Positions 9,859 to 19,037 of a DNA stretch of 22,317 nt are shown here, piece after piece. Below the pieces are notes generated by a model. That model was not told where the DNA came from. It made no database searches and worked only from the letters and a program-made list of their open reading frames with translations. The first letter of the stretch is position 1; every line of letters starts with the position of its first letter. A program made the position numbers and the translations under genes. The stretch is from Nitrospinota bacterium (GTDB lineage: Bacteria > UBA8248): positions 1-22,317 of the forward strand of contig JAYGFR010000384.1 of assembly GCA_046581755.1 (NCBI GenBank), in the 5' to 3' direction.

Positions 9859-10638
9859 TCAGCTTCCCTGAAAACGGGGAGGACGCTTTTCCCCGAAGGC
9901 CGCCAGGCCCTCCCTGAAGTCGGCGCTCCGGCTCGTAACCCCCTGCGCCGCGGCCTCGGCAGCCAGTGCGGCACGGAACTCGCCCGGATTCTTCATCAGG
10001 CTCTTCACCGCCGAAAGGGCGAGCGTCGCACCCGACGCCAGCCGGCGGCCCAGCGAGAGCGCCTCCTCCATGAGGTCTTCATCCGGGAAGACCGAGCGGA
10101 CCAGGCCCAGCTCGTGCGCCTGACGGGCATCCAACATCTCTCCAGTCAGGATCAACTCAAGCGCCTTCGCCGGGCCGAGAACGCGGGAGAGAAGATAGGT
10201 GCCCCCGCAGTCCGGAACCAATCCCACCTGGGAGTAAATCTGAGAGAAGCGGGCGCTCTCGCCAGCCAGGCGAATATCACATGCCAGGGCCAGATCAAAA
10301 CCCCCGCCGACGGCATGGCCCTTGACCGCGGCTATCGTGGGGACGGGCGTTTCATACAAGGCCGCCACGGCGGCCTGATAGTCCGGCCCGAGGAACGCCT
10401 CCATTTTCTCGCCCGACTCCAGGCGGCCGCCAATTTCCTTGATATCGCCGCCGGCGCAAAAGGCGCGCCCCTCGCCGCTCACCACCAACGCCCGCGCACC
10501 GGAAGAAGCACAGCGGGCGCAGGCATCTTCTATCTCCTTACACATCAATGAATTGAGAGAATTCATGGCCCCCGGCCGGTTCAGGGTCAGAACCGCGAGA
10601 GCGCCTGAAACCTCAAAACGCACGCAATTCCATTCCAT
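9859..10638 (-). CDS. Enoyl-CoA hydratase/isomerase family protein (PaaG-like)
   Basis: LTLNRPGAMNSL, GRAFCAGGDI, GHAVGGG, GLVPDCGG and DFREGLAAFGEKRPPRF motifs. Confidence 0.92.
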   Translation of the reverse strand: MEWNCVRFEVSGALAVLTLNRPGAMNSLNSLMCKEIEDACARCASSGARALVVSGEGRAFCAGGDIKEIGGRLESGEKMEAFLGPDYQAAVAALYETPVPTIAAVKGHAVGGGFDLALACDIRLAGESARFSQIYSQVGLVPDCGGTYLLSRVLGPAKALELILTGEMLDARQAHELGLVRSVFPDEDLMEEALSLGRRLASGATLALSAVKSLMKNPGEFRAALAAEAAAQGVTSRSADFREGLAAFGEKRPPRFQGS

Positions 10639-10762
10639 CTGGCTCGCCTCCTAAATGGCTCCTTTTTTTTTGACAAAAAAAGGAAAGATTACGATATATT
10701 GAATGTGTCTTTGAGGCTACAGCCATATCATCCGTGAGGCGTATTTCTTTGCCCGCAAGATG

Positions 10763-10791
10763 TTGACGGAGGGTGAAACGCCTGATAACAT
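10763..10791 (+). promoter_or_regulatory. Putative sigma-70 promoter for the methyltransferase gene
   Basis: TTGACG, 17 bp, TAACAT, with TG extended -10. Confidence 0.55.
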
Positions 10792-10947
10792 TGATGGGAA
10801 TAATCTAGACCGTCCGGAATACTCTCGACCGCCAAAATCAAAACGAGCGAGCGAATAAAAATGAGGTTTCTATTTTCCAACGTCCCCAAAAGATGCGGGC
10901 GACATTGCGTTTTGACAATTTTTTGACCCGGGCAGAGGAAGGTTAAC

Positions 10948-11571
10948 GTGCAGAGCCAAGACTCCGTAATTAAAATTTACGACCGCTGGGGAAAAATCTA
11001 CGACATCATCTTCAAACATATTTTCAGCGAGGGCCGCGACGTGGGCTCCCGGATGCTCGAAGTGAAACCGGGAGAAAATCTCCTCGAAGTCGGCATCGGA
11101 ACCGGCCTTTCCCTTCCGCTCTACCCCCGGCATTGCCGGATCATGGGGATCGATATTTCCCCGAAGATGCTCGAAAAAGCCTCCGAGAAAGTGACCGAGC
11201 ACAGGCTGACCAACATCCAGCTCGAGGTCATGGACGCGCAGAATATGAGCTTTCCCGACAACAGCTTCGACTGCGTGACGGCCTGCTACGTGGTCAGCGC
11301 CGCCCCCGATCCCCTCAAGGTGGTCTCGGAGATTCGCCGCGTCTGCAAGCCGGGCGGGCGAATCGTTTTCATCAACCATTTCAAGAGCCACAACCCCATC
11401 CTCGCCGCGTTCGAAACCATGCTCAACGGGGTCTGCAAGAAATTCGGATGGGAGGCCACGCTGGACCTGGACGCCCTCCTCGGGGCCAGTAACATGACCC
11501 TGCTCGCCACGGAAAAGGTCAACATGTTTGACTACTGGCGAGCGGTGCTCTGCATCAACTCCGACAAATAA
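10948..11571 (+). CDS. Class I SAM methyltransferase, phospholipid N-methyltransferase (PmtA-like)
   Basis: YDRW..IYD..F, LEVGIGTGLSLPLY, GIDISPKML, MDAQNMSFPDNSFD and RVCKPGGRIVFINHF motifs; GTG start with GAGGAAGG RBS. Confidence 0.85.
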   Translation: MQSQDSVIKIYDRWGKIYDIIFKHIFSEGRDVGSRMLEVKPGENLLEVGIGTGLSLPLYPRHCRIMGIDISPKMLEKASEKVTEHRLTNIQLEVMDAQNMSFPDNSFDCVTACYVVSAAPDPLKVVSEIRRVCKPGGRIVFINHFKSHNPILAAFETMLNGVCKKFGWEATLDLDALLGASNMTLLATEKVNMFDYWRAVLCINSDK

Positions 11572-11658
11572 TTTTCTTGCCCCATTCGCTCCGGCTTCCC
11601 CGGCCCGGTTCCGGGGCGCGTCTTCCAATCTTTTTCCACCCGGGGCACCCGGAAGCCG

Positions 11659-12555
11659 ATGGGCCTCGATAGCCATACGATAGGCATCCTTTTCGCCACC
11701 GCCGCCGCCTTCACCTGGGCGGTGTTCACCTTCACCATGAAGATGGCCCTTCGCGGGGCCTCGGTCATAAAAACCACCGTCTTCGTGAACGCCCTGAACG
11801 CCATCCTCGTCACCGCCATCGCCCTGACCATCGTCCCGCCCGCTGAGTTTATTCCGAAATCCGCCGAATCGGCGGTTTATCTCGTTCTCGCCGGGATTTT
11901 TCACATCGCCATGGCGCGCCTTGTCTTTTACATCGCCATCCAGCGCCTGGGCCCCAACCGCGCCCTGCCCATCGGGTCGAGCTACCCGATCGTCACCGCC
12001 GTCTCGGCCGCCCTGATGCTCGGCGAGCGGCCCACCCCGCAAATCCTCGCCGGCCTGATCATTCTCCTCGGGGGGATCACCCTCATCGTCCGGGCCGAGC
12101 CGGGCAAGGCGGAACCCGGCGAGCCCGCCACGCCGGCCTGGAGAATGACCGGCTGGGCCTGCGCCGCCGCCACCGCCTTCCTCTGGGGGATCGCCGCCAT
12201 CTTCTTCAAAAAAGCCGCCATGGAATTGCATCCCCTGGCGGTCTCCGCCCTCGCCCTCTGGGTAGGCTTCGCGGCCGTCTGGCTGGCCGCCAGGTGGCTG
12301 GACCCGGATGGGGTGGTGCCTTCGCGCTCCTGGCGGTGGATCGCCCTCTCCGCCTGCTGCCAGACCGTCGCCGTCCCCCTCTACACCCTCGCCTTCACCT
12401 ACATCCTCGCCGTCCGCGTCTCGGCGATCGCCTCCACCCAGCCCTTGTTCGTGATTCCCCTCGGCTGGCTCTTCATGCGCGAGGCCGAAAACATCACCCC
12501 CCGCCTCATCGCCGGCGCGGCGCTCGTCGTCGGGGGCACGATTCTCATCGTTTGA
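11659..12555 (+). CDS. EamA/DMT family transporter
   Basis: About 10 TM helices in two EamA repeats (..SSYPIVTAV..LMLGERPT..; ..STQPLFV..EAENIT..). Confidence 0.9.
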   Translation: MGLDSHTIGILFATAAAFTWAVFTFTMKMALRGASVIKTTVFVNALNAILVTAIALTIVPPAEFIPKSAESAVYLVLAGIFHIAMARLVFYIAIQRLGPNRALPIGSSYPIVTAVSAALMLGERPTPQILAGLIILLGGITLIVRAEPGKAEPGEPATPAWRMTGWACAAATAFLWGIAAIFFKKAAMELHPLAVSALALWVGFAAVWLAARWLDPDGVVPSRSWRWIALSACCQTVAVPLYTLAFTYILAVRVSAIASTQPLFVIPLGWLFMREAENITPRLIAGAALVVGGTILIV

Positions 12556-12607
12556 AACGCCGCCACCCCCGGCACCTGCCGCCGCCTGCCAGCCCGCCAG
12601 GCGCCGT

Positions 12608-12636
12608 TTCGCCCCGCCCTGGCCAGGTGCTATGAT
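12608..12636 (+). promoter_or_regulatory. Putative extended -10 promoter of the OsmC-like gene
   Basis: TGcTATGAT (12628-12636) with a weak TTCGCC -35 at 17 bp. Confidence 0.45.
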
Positions 12637-12676
12637 TCCACCCGTTCATTCTCTTCAAAAAAAAAGGAGATACCCG

Positions 12677-13150
12677 ATGGGAGAAGTTATTCACGTCACC
12701 AAAGCCAGGGTCGTCAAGGAGGTCGGAAAGGGCATGAAGACGGCCTATCTCGATGCCTTCCCCGACGACCCAATCCCCTACGGCATCCACGGGGGCATCA
12801 TGGCCTACTACAAGGCCCAGCCCGAAGAGGAGCGGCCCGCGACGCTGGATCATCTCGTCGCCTCCGTCGCCGGCTGACTCACCGGCAATATGGGAGGCGC
12901 GCTGGATGCGCGCGGCATTTCGAGTGCTCCGGACAATCTGGTGAGCACAGTCGAAGGAATCATCGAAGACGTTGACGGCATGGCCCTGATCACCAAGATC
13001 AAGGTTCACTACAAGGTCCGCATCCCCAAGGGCAAGCGCGAGGAAGCCGAGCGTGCCCTTTCGGTCCACGACCTGGGGTGCCCCGCGAGCCAGAGCGTGC
13101 AGCGCGGGATCATCGTCGAGCACACCGCCGAATTTATCGAAGAGGATTAG
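12677..13150 (+). CDS. OsmC/Ohr-family protein, probable selenoprotein (UGA = Sec at codon 67), 157 aa
   Basis: AGGAGA RBS and ATG at 12677. In-frame TGA at 12875-12877 in PATLDHLVASVAG*LTG, matching the first conserved OsmC Cys. The frame continues to the second Cys (GCPASQSV) and TAG at 13150. Confidence 0.85.
12878..12920 (+). other. Putative bacterial SECIS hairpin
   Basis: GCGCGC-TGGAT-GCGCGC (12897-12913), loop 25 nt after the UGA with G at the second loop position; possible lower ATG/CAT stem. Confidence 0.6.
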
Positions 13151-13178
13151 GCCCGCTCCGCGAATTAAGCCACAAGCC

Positions 13179-13215
13179 AAAAAATCCCCGTGCCCAAAAG
13201 CGCGGGGGTTTTTTT
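13179..13215. terminator. Bidirectional intrinsic terminator
   Basis: A-tract, CCCCGTGC-ccaaaa-GCGCGGGG, then T7; lies between convergent genes. Confidence 0.85.
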
Positions 13216-13244
13216 GCGGGGAAAATTTTTAGTGGAAATTTAGC

Positions 13245-15059
13245 CTATCCATCGACCCTCCAGCCCAAAACCCACAGCCCCCCGCCAGCCATCAGAAGTG
13301 CCAGCGCATAACCCAGCGCGCCCGCCCAGGTGCCCACCAGGAGCGCGCCCAGGCAAAACATCGCGGCGAACGTCATGGCGCTGCAGAGCGCCCACCGGAC
13401 CACCAGCCCGGCGATCGGCGTCTGTGAATCGCCCGGCTCCCGCACGGGCCCCCATGCGCCGGGGGGGCGCACCATTTCGAAAAACGCGCGGAGGGTCTCC
13501 CTCTCCACCGGCCGGCTCATATAGGTCGCCGCGAGCATGGCGGCGCCGCCCACCGAGACCTCCCACAGGAGAAGGACGGCGAACTCGGGCGGTTTCTCCC
13601 CCATGTTGAGGACAGTCGCCGCCGCGAAGGCGCTCACCATCCCCGCTACCTCGGTCCAGGCCGTCGTCCGCCACCATAGCCAGCGCAGAATGACCGGAAG
13701 CCCGAGCCCCGCGCCGAGGGAGACGTTGAACTTCCAGGCCCACTCGATGCTCTCGATCTGGGCGGCCACGGCGAACGAGCCCAGCGTCATGAGGAGCACC
13801 CCCGCCCGGCTCGCGCGGACGGCCTCTTTTGCATCCGCCCCCGGCCGGATGAAGCGCGCGTACACATCGTTGATGAGATAGCTCACCCCCCAGTTCAGGT
13901 GGGTGTCCACCGTGCTCATGAACGCGCCCAGCATCCCCACCAGGGCGATGCCGAGCACCCCCGCCGGAAGCAACTGGCCCATGAGCAGGGGGTAGGCCGC
14001 CTCCCGGTCGGCGATGACCTGGGCCGCGATGGTGCCCGCTGGCGCCTCCATCCCCTTCGGGAAAAGGACCAGCCCCACCAGCCCGATGAGAATCCAGGGC
14101 CAGGGCCGGATGACGTAGTTCATGAATCCGAACCAGAGCATCCCCTTTTGTGCATCCGCCGGGCTCGCCGCCGCGCTCATCCGCTGGGCCGTGTAGCCCC
14201 CGCCGTCGGCGTTCCCCTGCGCCCACCAGACCACGAACAGGTAGATCAGAATAACCTGCCAGCCCGCCCATTCGGCCCCCTCGGGCGGGGTGAACGAGAG
14301 GATGCGCGCGGCCTCCCCCGCCCCGTAGATTTGACTCAACTTCGTGCTCAGCCCCGAGAGGCCGCCCACGTGCGCCACCGCCAGCCAGGCGAAGATGACG
14401 CTCCCCGAAAGGGCGATGACGAACTGGAAAAGATCCGTGAGCATGACCCCCCTAATCCCCCCCGCGCTCGAATAAATCCCCACCAGCGCGACCAGCGCCA
14501 CCACCGTCAGCGTCTCGTTCAGCGTCCCCATGATGAACGCCTCCGGCCAGCCCGCCTCGAGCCCGGCCCACACCCCGGCGGGCAAGACCTCGTTCCATTT
14601 TAAAAACGGGGCGGCGATCTTCCCCATCGCCCGAAAAACCCAGCCCATCACGATGAGGTTCACGATGAGCGAGGAGTAGATCGCCTTGAAAACCCGGAGC
14701 CAGCTGCCCGCGCCGGGCCCGTACCTGCGCTCGATGAGCTCCGCGTCCGTCACCACCCCGGCCCGCCGCCAGAGGGGCGCGAAGAACACCGCCACCCCCA
14801 TCGCCCCGATCGCCCAGGCCCACCAGAACCAGTTTCCCGAAATCCCCCGGGTCGCCACGATCCCAGCCACGACGAGCGGGGTGTCGGATGCAAACGTCGT
14901 CGCCACCATGGACGTTCCCACCCACCACCAGGGCAGGCTCCGGCCCGCCACAAAATAGGACACCAGGCTTTTCGAGGATTCCCGCGAAGTCCACACCCCG
15001 ACAGCTAACGCGAGAGCGAGATAGGCGAAGATGAGAGACCAGTCGAGGGTGGAGAGCAT
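13245..15059 (-). CDS. Sodium:solute symporter (SSS) family protein
   Basis: YFVAGRSLPWW, SMVATTFASDTPL, GGIRGVMLTDLFQ, AQRMSAA and AFMSTVDTHLNWG motifs; many TM helices. Confidence 0.93.
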   Translation of the reverse strand: MLSTLDWSLIFAYLALALAVGVWTSRESSKSLVSYFVAGRSLPWWWVGTSMVATTFASDTPLVVAGIVATRGISGNWFWWAWAIGAMGVAVFFAPLWRRAGVVTDAELIERRYGPGAGSWLRVFKAIYSSLIVNLIVMGWVFRAMGKIAAPFLKWNEVLPAGVWAGLEAGWPEAFIMGTLNETLTVVALVALVGIYSSAGGIRGVMLTDLFQFVIALSGSVIFAWLAVAHVGGLSGLSTKLSQIYGAGEAARILSFTPPEGAEWAGWQVILIYLFVVWWAQGNADGGGYTAQRMSAAASPADAQKGMLWFGFMNYVIRPWPWILIGLVGLVLFPKGMEAPAGTIAAQVIADREAAYPLLMGQLLPAGVLGIALVGMLGAFMSTVDTHLNWGVSYLINDVYARFIRPGADAKEAVRASRAGVLLMTLGSFAVAAQIESIEWAWKFNVSLGAGLGLPVILRWLWWRTTAWTEVAGMVSAFAAATVLNMGEKPPEFAVLLLWEVSVGGAAMLAATYMSRPVERETLRAFFEMVRPPGAWGPVREPGDSQTPIAGLVVRWALCSAMTFAAMFCLGALLVGTWAGALGYALALLMAGGGLWVLGWRVDG

Positions 15060-15519
15060 GGGGTGGTTTAGTTTTTGGGGCGGGGGGAATAAGTTAGAGA
15101 ATGCTACTGGATATCGAATGAAATCCCAACCCGAAGATATTCTGACTCATCCCCGGTGGCTGGAATTTCCGAGGCCAAGCCCTCTTCAATATCGATTCCA
15201 TACCGCACAACCACTACCAACAGATTCTTCGACCGAAAGCACGCCCGCGAACCTCCCCGCATTTCCGGTTGCGCCCCGGAACCCGGGATGGCCTACATTC
15301 GGTCCGACGGGGGGTTTGGGCCCCGAGAAAAAGGAGGAGGTTTTGGTGATTCGGATGCGGCGAACGGGTATTGCGGGCGTAAGCGAAAACACCGTGGGGG
15401 CCACGGAACTTTCGGGGGCTTTCGGGAGTTTACCGGTGATCGTTTCATATAGTGTTTTCGGGCTATCGGGCGCCGGGGTCTGGGGGCTTTCGAGCTTTCA
15501 GGCTCGGGGGGAGGGACCC

Positions 15520-16713
15520 CTACCCTCCGAGGAGTTGGGCCGCCACGGCCGCGAGCAGCACGACCAGCCAGGGCGGGAATTTCCAGATCGAGAGCAGGCC
15601 GAAGGCGGCGAGGCCGAGGGCGAAGTCTCTCGGCTTTAGGACGGCGCTGGTCCAGACCGGCTGGTAGAGGGCGGCCAGGAGAAGGCCCACAACGGCGGCG
15701 TTCAGCCCGCGCAGGGCGGATTGGACGCCGGGGCGCGCGCGGAAGGAGTCCCAGAATGGCAGGGCCCCGATCACGAGCAGCCAGGAGGGAAGAAAGACGC
15801 CCACCAGGCAGATGGCGGCGCCGGCGAGGCCGCGCGGGGCCGAGGACATGACCGCACCCAGGTAGGCCGAGAAGGCGAAAAGGGGCCCGGGCATGGCCTG
15901 GGCCGCACCGTAGCCGGCGAGGAAGCTCTCGTTCGTCACCCACCCGGGCGGAACCACCTCGGCCTGGAGCAGGGGCAGGACGACGTGCCCGCCCCCGAAG
16001 ACCAGGGAGCCCGCCCGGTAGAAGCTGTCGAAGCGGGCGAGAGCGGGGCTCGGAAACACCTGGGCCAGCAGGGGCAGACCGGCGAGGAGAATGAAAAACG
16101 CGGTGAGGCAAGAAAGGGCCGCGGCCCGGGGGATGGCGATCCCCATGGCGGCCGATGGCGGCCCGTCATCTACCTTCAACAAAAGGCGGCCGAGGAGCGC
16201 CCCGCCCAGGATGACGAATATCTGGACGGCGGCCCCCTGAATACCCAGCAGGGCGATGGCCGCGAGGAGAGCGATGGTGACGCGGGGCCAGTCCGGGCAG
16301 AGGGTTCCCGCCATGCCCCAGACCGCGCGGGCCACGACGGCCACGGCGGCGACCTTGAGCCCGTGGAGCCATTGGGTGCCCAAGGCCGCCTGGAGGGCCG
16401 GAAGCCCGAGGGCGAAGAAGACTAACAGGATCGCCGAGGGGAGGGTGAAGCCGAGCCATGCCACGAAGCCGCCCGGGATTCCCGCCCGGGCGATGCCCAG
16501 GGCGAATCCCACCTGGCTGCTGGCCGGTCCGGGAAGGGACTGGCAAAGGCCCACCAGGTCGGCGAAGGCGCGCTCGTCCACCCATCCGCGCCGCTCGACG
16601 ATCTCCTCGCGGTAGAAGCCGAGGTGCGCCGTGGGGCCCCCGAACGAGGTGAGCCCTAGCTTGGTGAAGACGCCTAGGACCTCGATGAAATTTCCGTTCA
16701 CGGGAGGCCTCAC
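15520..16713 (-). CDS. chrA: Chromate efflux transporter (long-chain CHR)
   Basis: LGLTSFGGPTAHLG, QSLPGPASSQ, GSLVFGGGHVVLPLL and AQAMPGPLF motifs; start at 16713 or 16701. Confidence 0.92.
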   Translation of the reverse strand: MRPPVNGNFIEVLGVFTKLGLTSFGGPTAHLGFYREEIVERRGWVDERAFADLVGLCQSLPGPASSQVGFALGIARAGIPGGFVAWLGFTLPSAILLVFFALGLPALQAALGTQWLHGLKVAAVAVVARAVWGMAGTLCPDWPRVTIALLAAIALLGIQGAAVQIFVILGGALLGRLLLKVDDGPPSAAMGIAIPRAAALSCLTAFFILLAGLPLLAQVFPSPALARFDSFYRAGSLVFGGGHVVLPLLQAEVVPPGWVTNESFLAGYGAAQAMPGPLFAFSAYLGAVMSSAPRGLAGAAICLVGVFLPSWLLVIGALPFWDSFRARPGVQSALRGLNAAVVGLLLAALYQPVWTSAVLKPRDFALGLAAFGLLSIWKFPPWLVVLLAAVAAQLLGG

Positions 16714-16746
16714 CTTCAGGCGGGGGAAACCCTTCTCTCCAAGCCG

Positions 16747-18978
16747 CTACTGTTTCTCCAGCTTCCCCAACACTTCGAGCACGTGGTCCGGGGTGATGGG
16801 TATACGGGTGATGCGCGCGCCGATGGCCTGGCTCACGGCACAGGCAACGGCGGCGGCGCCGGCGGTGCAGGGCGGCTCGCCGATGCCCTTTGCGCCGTAG
16901 GGGCCGAGCCCCTCGCCGGACTCGAGGTAGAACGAGTTCCACTCGGGCGTCTCGGAGGCGGTGGGTATCAGGTAGCTGTGAAACTCGTCGGTGGAGAGCA
17001 TGCCGCGGTCGGTCTTGATCTCCTCGGTGAGGCCGTGGCCGATGCCCATCATGGCCCCGCCCTCGAACTGGCCCTCGACGTGCTGGGGGTTAATCGCCTG
17101 GCCAACGTCGTGGCCCGAAGCGTAGTTGAGGAGCCTCACCTCGCCCGTCTCGATGTTCACCTCGGCCTCGGCCGCGTGAACGCCGAAGGTGTAGTCCATC
17201 CAGCCGCCCGGCGCGCCGAAGACCTCATGGCCCTCGAAAGTGTGAAGGCCGGTTTCCATCTTCGCGGTCGTGAAGAGGGGAATGTCCATCTCCTTGCACT
17301 TTTTCACGGCCTCGACGTAGTTCACCGATCGGGCCGCCGCGCCACGGACCGAGATGACGCCGTTCCTGGCCTCAAGGTCTTCCGGCGCCGCTTCGAGTAG
17401 CTCCGCCGCGCCCTTCAAGATGCGGGAGAGCAGCTCCTCGCCCCCGCGCTGGGTCGCCCCGCCCGTGATCAGGGTCTGGCGGCTTCCCGCCGTGATGCCG
17501 CACAGAGGCGTTACCTCGGAGTTCGACATCGTGGCCGAAACGCTCTCGAGCGGAACGCCCAGGGCCTCGGCCGCGATCTGCCGGTAGGCCTGGGTCTGGC
17601 CCGCGCCCACGTCGGAGGCCCCGCAGCGCAAGTTCACGCTGCCGTCGGCTTCGATGGAGATGTAGGCCTCGCCCTCGTTCCGGGGACGCCCGTATCCGGC
17701 GAGATTCGCGATATAGCCCACCCCCCGGCGCCAGGGGCCCTGGCTTTTCGATGAGTCGGGTCCGGCCTTCTTGCCGAAGGCTCTCTGGGCTTCCTCAAGA
17801 AGCTCGGGAAGCATGGTCGAGGTCGGGATGGGCTGTTTTTGCATGAGCGTCCCGCCCTTTTTGATGAAATTGCGGCGGCGGAACTCGAGCGGCTCCATCC
17901 CCAGCCGCTTGGCCACCTCGTCCATCTGGGACTCGTAGGCGAAGCAGACCTGGTTGGCGCCGACGCCGCGCATGGCCTCGGTGAAGGGGTTGTTCGTCTT
18001 GATAGCGCGCGCGCGCGCGCGGGAGTTGGGCACCTCGTAGGGGCCCTGGCTCACGACCATGCCACCCAGAACAAGACCGCCGCTGTTCGTCGGATAGGCG
18101 CCCGCGTCGGCGACAATATCGACTTCGACGGCGGTGAGCTTGCCTTCCCGCGTCGCTCCGGTCTTGTAGCGCATGAGGAAGGGGTGTTTTTTGCTGCACT
18201 GGCCCATAGATTCTTCGCGCGTATAGGCGATGCGGACAGGCCGGCCCGTCTTCATCGTGAGGAGACCGAGAAAATCCCCGAGCAGAGGATGCTCCTTGCC
18301 GCCGAAGGCGCCGCCCAGCATCGGACAGTCGTAGCGAACCCGGCTCGCGGGAAGGCCCAGCGTCGCCGCCACGTTCTGATAGTTCTCGATGGTTTGGGTG
18401 GGTACCCGGATGTTCACTGTGCCTCGCTCGTCCACCCAGGCGACACCGCCCTCGGGCTCGATAAATGCGTGGTCGATACAGGCGGCGAAATAGGTATTTT
18501 CGACGACGACATCGGCCTGGGCGAAACCGGCCTCGACGTCGCCCTTATCGGCACTCCAGTCACAGAGCACCACGCCCTCGATGTGCTCGAAGGCGTAGGT
18601 TCCCGGCAGGGGCTCATAGTCGATTTTAACAAGCCTGGCCGCCCACTCGGCAAGGTCGTGCGTCTCGGCAGCGAGAATCGCCACGGCGTCGCCGCCGAAG
18701 CAGACCGAATCCTCGGCCAGGACGGGATAATAGGGATAGCGGCCCGCGTTCTTGCCGGGTATGTCCTTCGCCGTCAGGACGCAGTATACGCCCGGCAATG
18801 CGAGCGCTCTGGAAGGGTCGATTTTTTTGATTTTCGCGGGCACCGCCGGCGGGCGGATCACCTTGCCAACAAGCTCGTTCGGGAACCGCAAATCGTCGCC
18901 GTAAACCGTATCGCCCACCGCCTTGGCGAGCGCGTCTTTTTTCACTGGAGAGTTCCCGACGTGGGTCATTTGAGGCAT
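16747..18978 (-). CDS. Xanthine dehydrogenase family molybdopterin-binding (large) subunit
   Basis: GGAFGGK, GAY, AMRGVG, DVGAGQ, AGSR, DVGQAINP..VEGQ..GG and KGIGEPP motifs; start estimated at ATG 18978. Confidence 0.93.
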   Translation of the reverse strand: MPQMTHVGNSPVKKDALAKAVGDTVYGDDLRFPNELVGKVIRPPAVPAKIKKIDPSRALALPGVYCVLTAKDIPGKNAGRYPYYPVLAEDSVCFGGDAVAILAAETHDLAEWAARLVKIDYEPLPGTYAFEHIEGVVLCDWSADKGDVEAGFAQADVVVENTYFAACIDHAFIEPEGGVAWVDERGTVNIRVPTQTIENYQNVAATLGLPASRVRYDCPMLGGAFGGKEHPLLGDFLGLLTMKTGRPVRIAYTREESMGQCSKKHPFLMRYKTGATREGKLTAVEVDIVADAGAYPTNSGGLVLGGMVVSQGPYEVPNSRARARAIKTNNPFTEAMRGVGANQVCFAYESQMDEVAKRLGMEPLEFRRRNFIKKGGTLMQKQPIPTSTMLPELLEEAQRAFGKKAGPDSSKSQGPWRRGVGYIANLAGYGRPRNEGEAYISIEADGSVNLRCGASDVGAGQTQAYRQIAAEALGVPLESVSATMSNSEVTPLCGITAGSRQTLITGGATQRGGEELLSRILKGAAELLEAAPEDLEARNGVISVRGAAARSVNYVEAVKKCKEMDIPLFTTAKMETGLHTFEGHEVFGAPGGWMDYTFGVHAAEAEVNIETGEVRLLNYASGHDVGQAINPQHVEGQFEGGAMMGIGHGLTEEIKTDRGMLSTDEFHSYLIPTASETPEWNSFYLESGEGLGPYGAKGIGEPPCTAGAAAVACAVSQAIGARITRIPITPDHVLEVLGKLEKQ

Positions 18979-19037
18979 CTTTAGTCCCGCTCTTTTGGGG
19001 GAAATAAATGAGACGGAAGACCGCTTCCGCAATTTCG

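Noticed and set aside
12632..13150. Two small ORFs or an OsmC pseudogene
   Set aside because: The only lesion is a TGA exactly at the catalytic Cys position, with intact RBS, second Cys and terminator. Sec recoding is more parsimonious.
15100..15190. HigA antitoxin remnant (THP..LEF)
   Set aside because: Similarity is limited to a few residues.
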